Part shown: one piece after another, positions 7,360 to 16,042 of the stretch
Position numbering within the stretch: position 1 is the first letter of the stretch
How the letters are laid out: each line of letters opens with the position of its first letter
NCBI GenBank assembly: GCA_020343635.1
Contig: CP070804.1
Location: 591,009-620,341 of the forward strand
Origin: Candidatus Aenigmatarchaeota archaeon
GTDB lineage: Archaea > Aenigmatarchaeota > Aenigmatarchaeia > QMZP01 > JAFGSV01
Length of the DNA stretch: 29,333 nucleotides
Direction: 5' to 3'
The notes under the pieces: model-generated
Database searches by the model: none
The model's input: the letters and a program-made list of their open reading frames with translations, nothing else
Told to the model about the DNA's origin: nothing
Position numbers and translations under genes: made by a program

Positions 7360-8799
7360 ATGCAAAGCGAAGTATGGCAGGATCCTGAACTCGATCAGGT
7401 TTTCATGATAGATGCAGAGATCATTGACAAGATAGTAGAATCCGCTGACCTGAAGAAGAGTGAGACGGTCCTTGAGATAGGAACAGGGCCCGGAAATCTC
7501 ACGGGGGCATTGGCGAAGAAGTGTAAAAAGGTTATAACCATAGAGATCGATGAGAGGCTGAAGCCGGGCCTCAAAAAGACGTTTGACAAAATCGGTAACG
7601 TTGAGATAGTCTGGGGAAATGCGTTGGACGTTCTCGAAAAGGGAAAGATCAGATTCGACAAGATAGTGGCAAATCCGCCTTACTCCATAAGCGAGGCCCT
7701 GATAAAGGCTCTGTTCGGGGTCAGGTTCGAGGCGGCGGTGCTCACCCTCCCGTGGCGGTTCGTTGAGAGGCTTACATCCAACCCTGAAGAGGAGGACTAT
7801 TCGAAGCTCTCGATGTTTGCCCAGTCATTCTTCAGTATAGAGACCATCCTGAAGGTGAACAAAGAGGCATGGCACCCAAGACCGGATACCATGAGCATGG
7901 TTGTCAGGATCAGGCCCAGGAAGCCGGGCCCCGACGATGTTTTCCTGAGGGAGATCGCCCTTCAGGATGACAAGAAGCTGAAGAACGCTCTGAGAGAAGC
8001 CATCATAAAAAGAAAAGGCAAGACCAAAAGGACGGCAAAGGATGAAATAGATGATATCGATTTACCCAAGAAACTGCTTGACAAGAAGATAAGCCAGATG
8101 TCTTTACTGGAGATAAAGCTGGTGCTTGCCAAGCTCGGAAAGAGGAAATACAGGCTTGTCTGCTTCGACCTTGACGGCACACTTCTTGACGAAATGAAAT
8201 ACATATGGACACTGATCCATGACGAACTGCATACGGACAGAGGCAAGAGGAACGAATACATGGAGAAGTACTACAGAGGCGATATCAGCTACAAGCAATG
8301 GGCCGAGATCGACATAAAGCTTTTCGTAGATAAGAAGACTAGCAGAGAAGACATCATCGGGCTCATGAAAAATATCAAGCTGATGAAAGGTCCAAGGGAG
8401 ACGCTGCTTGAGCTCAGGAAAAGGGGCTACGTGCTTGCCATCATATCCGGAGGACTGGATCTCGTGCTGTACCACTTCTTACCGGATGCGCACGAGCTGT
8501 TCGATCATATAATCATAAACAGGCTGCTTTTCGACGAGGACGGAAAGCTCAGTGGAGCCGAGATTCCGCAAGACTTCGGGAAGTCTGGGAACAAGGCCGA
8601 CTCTCTTAAGAGACTCGCTGAGAAGGAAAGCATAAGCATGGATGAATGCGTCTTCATAGGGGATTCTGATAACGACGTTGAAGTGATGGAAGTGGCGGGT
8701 TTTACCATAGGTTTCAATCCCACGGACAAGATAGCGAAAGTCAGTGACGTTATAATAAGGAAAAAGGACCTCAGGGAAGTTCTTGATCATCTCACTTAG
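7360..8799 (+). CDS. ksgA: KsgA/RsmA (Dim1) rRNA adenine dimethylase fused to a SerB-like HAD-superfamily phosphatase
   Basis: N-terminal 'DQVFMID..VLEIGTGPGNLT..IEID..IVANPPY'. C-terminal HAD motifs: FDLDGT (I), ISGG (II), K in 'GNKAD' (III), GDSDND (IV). One uninterrupted 479-aa frame. Confidence 0.85.
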   Translation: MQSEVWQDPELDQVFMIDAEIIDKIVESADLKKSETVLEIGTGPGNLTGALAKKCKKVITIEIDERLKPGLKKTFDKIGNVEIVWGNALDVLEKGKIRFDKIVANPPYSISEALIKALFGVRFEAAVLTLPWRFVERLTSNPEEEDYSKLSMFAQSFFSIETILKVNKEAWHPRPDTMSMVVRIRPRKPGPDDVFLREIALQDDKKLKNALREAIIKRKGKTKRTAKDEIDDIDLPKKLLDKKISQMSLLEIKLVLAKLGKRKYRLVCFDLDGTLLDEMKYIWTLIHDELHTDRGKRNEYMEKYYRGDISYKQWAEIDIKLFVDKKTSREDIIGLMKNIKLMKGPRETLLELRKRGYVLAIISGGLDLVLYHFLPDAHELFDHIIINRLLFDEDGKLSGAEIPQDFGKSGNKADSLKRLAEKESISMDECVFIGDSDNDVEVMEVAGFTIGFNPTDKIAKVSDVIIRKKDLREVLDHLT

Positions 8800-9427
8800 T
8801 CAGCAGGTCCCTGTTGTACAGCAGCAGGCCTATGACCACTATCCACACTATGGGCATCAGGTAGTTCGACTGCAGAATACCCACGACTATGGATGTTATT
8901 CCTATCGCTATTACGACCACGATGAGCAGTTTCGTGGTGTTGAAGAGGATAGAGAAGAACATGATGAGACCCATTAATCCCAGAATGATGGGTACAAATG
9001 ACATCCAATCGAGGACACCAACCAGCGTGACATCGCCCAGCTCCAGCTGGGTTATGTCCACAGTCTCGTTCAGCAGTCTGAGCTCCTCAAGTGCAGTCGG
9101 ATACTGAACTAACATTATGTCGATTATACCGCCTATGATCAGTATGACAGAAAGCGAGATTCCTGTAACGGACACAACCCTTATAATGTTGGATTTCGAG
9201 GCGTGGAGCTCTGATTTGGGCTTCGCAGGTTGAGCGACTTCTGCCTGCCGGACAGGCTGAGGAACCATCGCTTCAGGGGGCGCCGCTTCACCGAAACCCT
9301 TAAGAGCCTCATCAACAGCAGCGACATCCCACCCTTTTTTGATAAGCGCATCTCTTATCGCGTCTCGAGAATACCCTTTGCTAAAGGAGTCTCTTATGTA
9401 TATAGCCAGTCTCGGGTCGGTTGCCAT
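8792..9427 (-). CDS. Membrane protein with an N-terminal small helical domain and about 4 TM helices
   Basis: N-terminal 'YIRDSFSKGYSRDAIRDALIKKGW..AAVDEA', a pattern I associate with DPANN hypothetical proteins; Pro/Gln linker; several hydrophobic segments. Confidence 0.7.
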   Translation of the reverse strand: MATDPRLAIYIRDSFSKGYSRDAIRDALIKKGWDVAAVDEALKGFGEAAPPEAMVPQPVRQAEVAQPAKPKSELHASKSNIIRVVSVTGISLSVILIIGGIIDIMLVQYPTALEELRLLNETVDITQLELGDVTLVGVLDWMSFVPIILGLMGLIMFFSILFNTTKLLIVVVIAIGITSIVVGILQSNYLMPIVWIVVIGLLLYNRDLLTK

Positions 9428-9450
9428 GTTAATTAATTGGATATTTCCTC

Positions 9451-10602
9451 TTATATTATTGCTTTTATCCTCTCCATGCCCTTTTTGATGGTTTCTTCAG
9501 AACATGCATAGGACATTCTCACATGTCCCTCACAGCCGAATGCAACACCCGGAACTAAAGCGACTTTAGCCTTCTCGAGAAGCCTTTCCGAGAACGTCAT
9601 GGAATTCTTGCTGATCTCAGAGACATTGGGGAAGACGTAGAAGGAACCCCCGGGTTTCGGGCATGATATCCCGTCTATCGAATTCAGTCTCTTGACTATC
9701 AGGTCTCTCCTCTTTCTGAACTCCGCCGCCATGTGCCTGAAGGAATTCTGGCTGCCCTCGAGCGCTTCCAAGTATGCCGCCTGTGCGATGGAACTTGGAT
9801 TGGATGTCGTATGCGACTGGAAATCCGTCATGCCCTTTATCACATTAACGGGGCCGGCTGCCCACCCTATCCTCCAGCCTGTCATGGAATACGCCTTTGC
9901 AGCGCCGTTTATGGTTATGGTCTTGTCCTTTATCTCAGGACCCAGTCCAGCTATGGAAACGTGCTCTCCCTCGTACAGAAGATGCTCGTATATCTCGTCT
10001 GATATTACGTAAAAGTCATTGTCCACAGCGATTGATGCTATCTTTTTCAGTTCTGACCTTTCATAGACAGCCCCTGTGGGATTGTTGGGGGAGTTGATGA
10101 TAAGCAGCTTGGTCTTTTCACTCACCTTGTCCTCGATGTCACCAGCCTTCAGACGGAAGCCCTTCTCTTTTTTCAGCTCAGCAAACACGGGCTTCGCTCC
10201 TGCAAGCTTCACCTGCTCGGGATACGTGACCCAGTACGGGCTGGGTATCAACACTTCGTCACCCGGGCTGCACAGGGTCATTACGGCATTATAAAGGGCG
10301 TGCTTGCCTCCGCAGCTTGCTATTATCTGCTTCGGTTCATAATCGAGTCCGTTCTCCTTCCTGAGCTTCTCTGCTATCGCCTTTCTCAGTTCTGGGGTTC
10401 CCGAGGGATCTGTATACTTGGTGAAACCGGACTTTATGGCCTCGACAGCGGCTTTCTTGATGTTGTTGGGGGTGTCGAAGTCTGGTTCTCAGGCAGTGAA
10501 ATTAAGAACATCGAGTCCCTCGGACTTCATCTCCTTGGCCTTTGCGTTGAGCGCGAGCGTCGGAGATTCCCCTATCCCGCCGATTCTCTCTGAAACAGAC
10601 AT
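9451..10602 (-). pseudogene. aspC: Class I/II PLP-dependent (aspartate-type) aminotransferase interrupted by one in-frame TGA at codon 38
   Basis: The frame from ATG 10602 to stop 9451 spans 384 codons: MSVSERIGGIGESPTLALNAKAKEMKSEGLDVLNFTA*EPDFDTP..., then NSPNNPTG, SDEIY, 'GAAKAYSMTGWRIG' (PLP Lys) and 'GHVRMSYA'. TGA is at 10491-10489. The 276-aa track ORF is only the downstream part. Confidence 0.85.
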
Positions 10603-10617
10603 TAGAAAGAATAAGAA

Positions 10618-11436
10618 TCATTTTTTAAATTGCTTTACCTTCTTCTCTGCTTTGAAGTACCTGGTTCTGCCCCTCTTCCTTGTCCGCGGCGCTATGGCCT
10701 TCTCGCTCTTAGCCCTCTTTTCCTCGAGAGCGTCTGACCTTATCTTCTTGCCACAGCTCCAGCAGAACTTGTTCCTCACCTTGTTGGGGGTGTTGCAATC
10801 CGGGCACATGATAACCTTGGCGACCCTCTGCTCATTGACTATCTCTATGGAACCGGGTTCGACCTTGAGATGGGTCCTTCCTTCCCCGTCCTCTTCCGGA
10901 GTCTTTCTTCTCAGCTTGTTTCCGCATTTGAAGCAGAAGTAGTTCCTCTCCTCGTTAGCCGCACTGCATACAGGGCACATGAATTCGATGATGTCGGCCT
11001 CTGTGGGCACTATCTTGCCTTCCTTTATGTCATCTATCTCCAGCTGCATTATCTCTTCCTCTGAAAGCGGCTCATCCTGACGCCTTCTGAATGAAGCGAG
11101 GAACCTTCTGAAGCCGCCTCCCATAGAGGGTACCTGCTTGGGCTCTTCGGGTTCTTCCTCCGGAGGTGCTTCCTCTTCCTGAGGGAAATCTTCAGGCTGG
11201 GGTTTCTCGTCCACTCCTTCTGGCGGGCCCTCCTCCTTCATCTGGTCCATGTCGAACTGCCCCGTCATCCTCATTTTCCGGCCGTGGGCAGCACCTATTG
11301 CAGCAACAGCGAGTCCTACAAGCATTACCACGAAGCTCATGGGCCCGGGGCTGTTGACCAGCATGATTATGCCCACGATGATAATGAGAAGTCCTATGAG
11401 ATAGAGCCAGACCACCTGCATGTATTTGGGCATCAT
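10618..11436 (-). CDS. Membrane-anchored protein with 2 TM helices, acidic linker and two double-zinc-ribbon modules
   Basis: Two N-terminal hydrophobic helices; Glu/Pro-rich linker; CPVC-x10-CFKCG and CPDC-x10-CWSCG; basic tail. Confidence 0.8.
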   Translation of the reverse strand: MMPKYMQVVWLYLIGLLIIIVGIIMLVNSPGPMSFVVMLVGLAVAAIGAAHGRKMRMTGQFDMDQMKEEGPPEGVDEKPQPEDFPQEEEAPPEEEPEEPKQVPSMGGGFRRFLASFRRRQDEPLSEEEIMQLEIDDIKEGKIVPTEADIIEFMCPVCSAANEERNYFCFKCGNKLRRKTPEEDGEGRTHLKVEPGSIEIVNEQRVAKVIMCPDCNTPNKVRNKFCWSCGKKIRSDALEEKRAKSEKAIAPRTRKRGRTRYFKAEKKVKQFKK

Positions 11437-11530
11437 AATAAGATTAATAAGTTCCCATCAATATAAAATATTCTTCCTAGGCACGCAGTTTTATAATATG
11501 ATGCATCAATAAACACTATGGTGACAGCAC

Positions 11531-11845
11531 ATGAAAGAGCTTGAACAGATAAAAAGGGTCGAGAATGAAGTCTCAAGGAAGATAGAAAAGGCAAGAAAGA
11601 ACGCTGAAAAGAAGATAGCTGCCATGAAAAACGACAGGGACAGGCTGATTGAGGCCCGGCTTCAGGATACGATAAAAAAGCTTGAGAGAGATGCAGAAAT
11701 GAACAGGAAGGAAGCTGAACAGGAGGCTTCCATGATGCTCAGTGCCTCGGATGCAACGATCAGGGACATAGAGAAGAAAGCGGAGAAGAACCTCGATAAG
11801 GCTGTCAGGATGGTCTTGGAGGATTTGACGCATGACAAATCTTGA
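11531..11845 (+). CDS. atpH: A-type ATP synthase subunit H (G-like peripheral stalk)
   Basis: 104-aa charged coiled coil 'EQIKRVE.E..RKIEKARK.AE'; first gene of the operon; GGTGA SD at 11520-11524. Confidence 0.75.
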   Translation: MKELEQIKRVENEVSRKIEKARKNAEKKIAAMKNDRDRLIEARLQDTIKKLERDAEMNRKEAEQEASMMLSASDATIRDIEKKAEKNLDKAVRMVLEDLTHDKS

Positions 11846-12818
11846 GTATGCAAACGCGAGGATCAAGGGTCTTAAGGGCAGACTTCTGCAACAGAACGAT
11901 ATAAAGATAGCCCTTGAGCTGAAAGCGGTCCAAGACTTCGCAGTCTGGATGGAAAGCACCCCCTACAAGTCGGTTCTCGCCGGTAAGGGGATTTCTGATA
12001 TAGAAACCGCTCTGTTCAGGGAATGGATAAACACGAACGAGAAGATAATGAAGCTCATGCCCGAGGACATTCAGGGATTCTTTGCCGCCAGGACATCTTC
12101 CCAGGAGATTGAGGCGCTCAAGTTCATAGTCAGTGCAAAGAAGAGCGGCAGGGATGCAGGCGTGTATGCGGTGTTCCTTTCGAGGGGCATGAAAAGCCGG
12201 GGGAAGAAGCTCGCTGAAGCCGAGACAGTCGAATCGCTGGCTGACATACTCGGAAGGACAGACTATGGTTTCCTGCTGAAAAAGGCTCTCGAGGAGAAGA
12301 AGGACATATCGCACGAACTTGAGAGATACTACTTCGAGAATCTGTGGGCTCTGACCGAGAAGCTTTCCGGAGACTACAGGGAAACCGCCGAAAAGCTCAT
12401 TGGTACCGAGATAGACGCTGCAAACATAATGAGCATACTGCGTTCCAAGGCTCTGGGAAGACAAGAGCATGACATAATCCCGGTATACCACAGGTTTGGA
12501 AGAGGCGGGGTGCACGAGAGCCTGAAGGCCGACGGAGTCAGCGGAGTTCTTTCAGTCATTTCTCAGGGAACTTACGGAAAGGTCCTTGAAGAAGTGGCAC
12601 AGAAATTCGATAAAGACAAGTCGCTCTTCCACTTTGAGCAGGCTCTCAGCCGGCATGTTCTCAGGGTGTACAGGAAAGGCATAATGGATGTCCTGGGCAT
12701 AGGCGTCCCCCTCGCATACCTCAGGCTCAAGGAGACAGAGATAACCAACCTCAGGTCCATTGCGCTGGGGCTCGAAAACGGCCTGGATAAATCAGACATA
12801 GAGGAGATGATATCGTGA
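11832..12818 (+). CDS. atpC: A-type ATP synthase subunit C
   Basis: 'YANARIKGLKGRLL', 'ELERYYF', 'EIDAANIMSILR.K', 'LAYLRLKETEITNLRSI..G'. Confidence 0.9.
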   Translation: MTNLEYANARIKGLKGRLLQQNDIKIALELKAVQDFAVWMESTPYKSVLAGKGISDIETALFREWINTNEKIMKLMPEDIQGFFAARTSSQEIEALKFIVSAKKSGRDAGVYAVFLSRGMKSRGKKLAEAETVESLADILGRTDYGFLLKKALEEKKDISHELERYYFENLWALTEKLSGDYRETAEKLIGTEIDAANIMSILRSKALGRQEHDIIPVYHRFGRGGVHESLKADGVSGVLSVISQGTYGKVLEEVAQKFDKDKSLFHFEQALSRHVLRVYRKGIMDVLGIGVPLAYLRLKETEITNLRSIALGLENGLDKSDIEEMIS

Positions 12819-14845
12819 GCTTTTATCCGAAAGAGATGATGCATGTGAACATTCTTATCCCTAAGAGCAGGAAGGATGATGTAGTCAGGGAGCTGAAGGA
12901 GAACGGAACCCTCGAGCTGATGGAGGTCCAGGAGAAGGGCATAGATAATGCCCGGCTTTCTGACACGTATCCCAGAACATCCGAAGCCATCCGTATGATA
13001 GAGGAGGCCCTTGACACCTTCAGGTTAGTCGAGAAGAAAGGGAGGGGATTCAAGGAGAGGGTCGAGGTCGGTGACGAGAACGCCGCAAGCATTCTTAAGA
13101 AATTCGAGAAAAAGAGGCACGTCCTGGAGAAGATAATATCCATAAGGAGGGAGCTGAAGTCCCTGAAGGAAAGGGAGGCAAAGCTTGATGAAACAGAAAA
13201 GATCGCTTCTCTTCTTCAGTCTCTGAACGTTGATCCAAAGAGCCTTACAGGGCACCCCTTCGTTTCAGTGTTTATCGGAAAGATGGGAGAGCGTGATCAC
13301 GAGAACTTCGCAAAAGAAGTCAGCCCTCACTCAAAGAAGATATTCATAAAGACCATGCCGCTTGAAGGGGGAAATCTCATGCTTGCCGCGGCTGTCCCGA
13401 ACAGCCTTGAGGAAAGCGTGTCAAAGACGCTCAACATGAACGGCTTCGAGCCCCTCAAGATACCAGGGGAAATATCCGGATACAAGATCACGGATGCGAG
13501 GAATAACCTATTAGCGGAGTTCGAGAGCATAAAAGTGAAAGAGGCCAGGCTGCTCGGGAGCGTTGCCAAGTTCCTGAAAGAGAAAAAGGAATTCCTGGTT
13601 CTTCTGGAGATGCTCAGGATAGAGAAGAACACCGATGAATCGGGCATGCTTTTCGGAACGACTGAACGCACCGTCATGATAAGCGGGTGGACGCCTGCCA
13701 GGAATCTTAAAAGCCTGCAAGGCGTGGTAAAGAAATCCGCAGGGAACGCCTGCAGCATATCCAGCAGGCCTCCCCAGAAGGGTGAGACGCCGCCTACGCT
13801 CGTCCGCAATGCCGGACCGGCAGGGGGGCTGGAGATACTGACAAAGAGTTACGGCCTGCCTGATTACAACGAGCTGGATCCGACAAAGATCATAACCCTG
13901 ACATTCCCTATCATATTCGGCATGATGTTCGGCGATGTCGGCCACGGGGTGCTGCTTATGATTGCGGGATTCGCGATGTCAAGGAAGATCCCAGGCGATG
14001 GTGCAAACAGGCTTGGTAAAACCCTCATTGTCTGCGGCGTTGCTGCGACATTCTTCGGTTTCCTTTACGGAAGCGCGTTCGGGCTTACGCATGAGAACAC
14101 GCCAGGGATGTTCGAGCCCCTGTGGATGGAGCCCCTTGCAGAGGAGGGAAGGAACATAACCTCCTTCATAAGGTTCTCCATAACCATTGCTGTTGTCGTG
14201 CTCAGCCTTGGGTGCATACTCAACATCATCAACCAGGGCCGGCATTCCCTTAAGCACGCGTTCTTCCACCCTTGGGGAGTCCTGGGGCTCTGGGTGCTTC
14301 TTGCAGGGGCCAACCTGTTCTACACCCACGGCATAGACTTCATACCGCTTACGATCATGGGCATACTCGGGGACAGCGCAGCTCTGGGTACAGTGTTCAA
14401 CGGTCTCGTGCTGCTGGTCGTGCCCCTAGCCCTCGTTCCTCTAGGAGAGATATTCGTTGAAAAGAAGCCCCTGGTAGTGGGACTGTACAGCATCATGGAG
14501 GTCGGGCAGACCTTCCTCGTGAACACCATATCATACGTCAGGATAGTGATAATAGCCGTTGTCCACGGGGCCCTGCTGCTCATAGTTATCAGGATAATGG
14601 AGATGGTCACATCCGGGCTTACAGGACTGGCTGGTTCTGTGCTGGCGACCGTAATATTCATAGGAGGCAACGTCGTCGTGTTCGGGATGGAGGCCATGAT
14701 AGCGCTCGTGCAAACCACAAGGCTGCACTATTATGAATTCGTCTCAAAGTTCTACAGGGGGAGTGGCAGGAGTTTCGCCCCCTTCAGGGCTGAAAGAAGC
14801 TATACCGTGAGGAGGATAAACGGAAACAAGCTGAAACATATTTAA
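12815..14845 (+). CDS. atpI: A-type ATP synthase subunit I (a)
   Basis: 'YGLPDYNELDPT', 'FGMMFGDVGHG', essential Arg in 'NTISYVRI', 'QTTRLHYYEF.SKFY.G.G..F.PF'. GTG start overlaps the atpC stop. Confidence 0.93.
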   Translation: MSFYPKEMMHVNILIPKSRKDDVVRELKENGTLELMEVQEKGIDNARLSDTYPRTSEAIRMIEEALDTFRLVEKKGRGFKERVEVGDENAASILKKFEKKRHVLEKIISIRRELKSLKEREAKLDETEKIASLLQSLNVDPKSLTGHPFVSVFIGKMGERDHENFAKEVSPHSKKIFIKTMPLEGGNLMLAAAVPNSLEESVSKTLNMNGFEPLKIPGEISGYKITDARNNLLAEFESIKVKEARLLGSVAKFLKEKKEFLVLLEMLRIEKNTDESGMLFGTTERTVMISGWTPARNLKSLQGVVKKSAGNACSISSRPPQKGETPPTLVRNAGPAGGLEILTKSYGLPDYNELDPTKIITLTFPIIFGMMFGDVGHGVLLMIAGFAMSRKIPGDGANRLGKTLIVCGVAATFFGFLYGSAFGLTHENTPGMFEPLWMEPLAEEGRNITSFIRFSITIAVVVLSLGCILNIINQGRHSLKHAFFHPWGVLGLWVLLAGANLFYTHGIDFIPLTIMGILGDSAALGTVFNGLVLLVVPLALVPLGEIFVEKKPLVVGLYSIMEVGQTFLVNTISYVRIVIIAVVHGALLLIVIRIMEMVTSGLTGLAGSVLATVIFIGGNVVVFGMEAMIALVQTTRLHYYEFVSKFYRGSGRSFAPFRAERSYTVRRINGNKLKHI

Positions 14846-14870
14846 ATCCAGGAGGATAAAAGAAGAAAAC

Positions 14871-15176
14871 ATGAAAGGAAAATATCTGGCGTTTGTCGCA
14901 TTTTTGTTTGTAACGCTGGCGCTTTCTACCGGTGCATATGCACAAGAAGAAGCAGGGACCGGCGGCGGTGACATGCTGGCCATCGGAGCCGGCATAGCGA
15001 TGGGACTTTGTGCAATAGGTGCGGGTTACGGAATCGGAAAGGCTGGTTCTGCGGCCATGGGTGCCATAGCAGAGAAATCGGAAACTGCAACCTGGGGCCT
15101 TATCATAGTGGCTCTCGCAGAAGGTATTGCGCTTTACGGACTGATTATAGCATTCCTGCTTGTTACAAAGATATAA
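14871..15176 (+). CDS. atpK: A-type ATP synthase subunit K (c, proteolipid), single hairpin with N-terminal leader
   Basis: Gly-rich helix 'IGAGIAMGLCAIGAGYGIG' and ion-binding Glu in 'ALAEGIALYG'; signal-peptide-like N-terminus ending AYA-QEE. Confidence 0.92.
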   Translation: MKGKYLAFVAFLFVTLALSTGAYAQEEAGTGGGDMLAIGAGIAMGLCAIGAGYGIGKAGSAAMGAIAEKSETATWGLIIVALAEGIALYGLIIAFLLVTKI

Positions 15177-15227
15177 GCGGCCAAAAATTCTGGATTTGTT
15201 GTCACATCAGATGTCGGTAGATAGCTC

Positions 15228-15767
15228 ATGGGAATGAAGGATATAGAGCGCGAAATCCGGGAAAGCGGACAGAAGGAGATAGAACAGATAAAAAAGGATT
15301 TGTCCGCTCAGCTCGAGGCACTGCGCAAGAAAATTGACGAGAAGGCCGGATCCGAGATGAGGAAGCTCGAGGAGAGGGGCAGGAGCGAGCTAGAGCTCGA
15401 GAGGAAGAGGATACTCGCCAAGGCGAACCTCCGGATCAAGGAACAGGTCGAGAAGAAGAAGGACGAGATTATTGAGCATGTCTTTGAGGAGGCAGGTGCC
15501 CGTGTTATCAGGATGACCGGCCGTGAGAAGGCGAAGATAATGAAGTTCCTCGCTGACGAAGCCAGAGAGGGGCTCGACAGGCCCGAGGTCTTTGCTGACG
15601 GCAAATATGCGACACTGCTGAAGGGCGCCAAGCGCGCGAGCATAGGCGACTTCGGCGTTAAGGTTACTAGCGGACACATATCCGTTGACAACACGCTTTC
15701 ATCCAAGCTGAAGGAGATAAAGGAGAACTCGAGACACAAGGTTGCTGATGCACTATGGCCAGGCTAG
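15228..15767 (+). CDS. atpE: A-type ATP synthase subunit E
   Basis: N-terminal coiled coil 'MG...I..EI', C-terminal 'GVKV.SG.ISVDNTL..KL......KVADALW'; position in the operon. Confidence 0.85.
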   Translation: MGMKDIEREIRESGQKEIEQIKKDLSAQLEALRKKIDEKAGSEMRKLEERGRSELELERKRILAKANLRIKEQVEKKKDEIIEHVFEEAGARVIRMTGREKAKIMKFLADEAREGLDRPEVFADGKYATLLKGAKRASIGDFGVKVTSGHISVDNTLSSKLKEIKENSRHKVADALWPG

Positions 15768-16042
15768 CTGTGATAGGCGACGAGATGACGGCGCTGGGAA
15801 TGCGCCTCGCTGGAGTTGAGAACAGCTTCACTGCCACGCCTGAGAATGCGCAGGAGATTTACAACAGGGTTAAGGAAGAAGCAGACATCATGGCCATAAC
15901 GCACACAATCTTCGAATCTATAAAAGACCTGGATGATCATAAGATAACAGTCAGAATCCCTGACGCGTCCGGGGGCGGGGGCGACATGGTGAGGGACCTC
16001 GTCAAGAGCGTGGTGGGATTCGAGGTGAAGACCGATGGGTAA
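15755..16042 (+). CDS. atpF: A-type ATP synthase subunit F
   Basis: '[18 protein letters not shown]' and C-terminal 'VKSVVGFEV'. Confidence 0.9.
   Translation: MARLAVIGDEMTALGMRLAGVENSFTATPENAQEIYNRVKEEADIMAITHTIFESIKDLDDHKITVRIPDASGGGGDMVRDLVKSVVGFEVKTDG

Noticed and set aside
10489-10491. Genome-wide TGA = Gly recoding (code 25) or selenocysteine
   Set aside because: TGA ends many conserved genes at their natural C-termini here (drg, atpA, atpB, atpD, rpl37e, rpoN), and the position is a structural Gly, not a Cys site.
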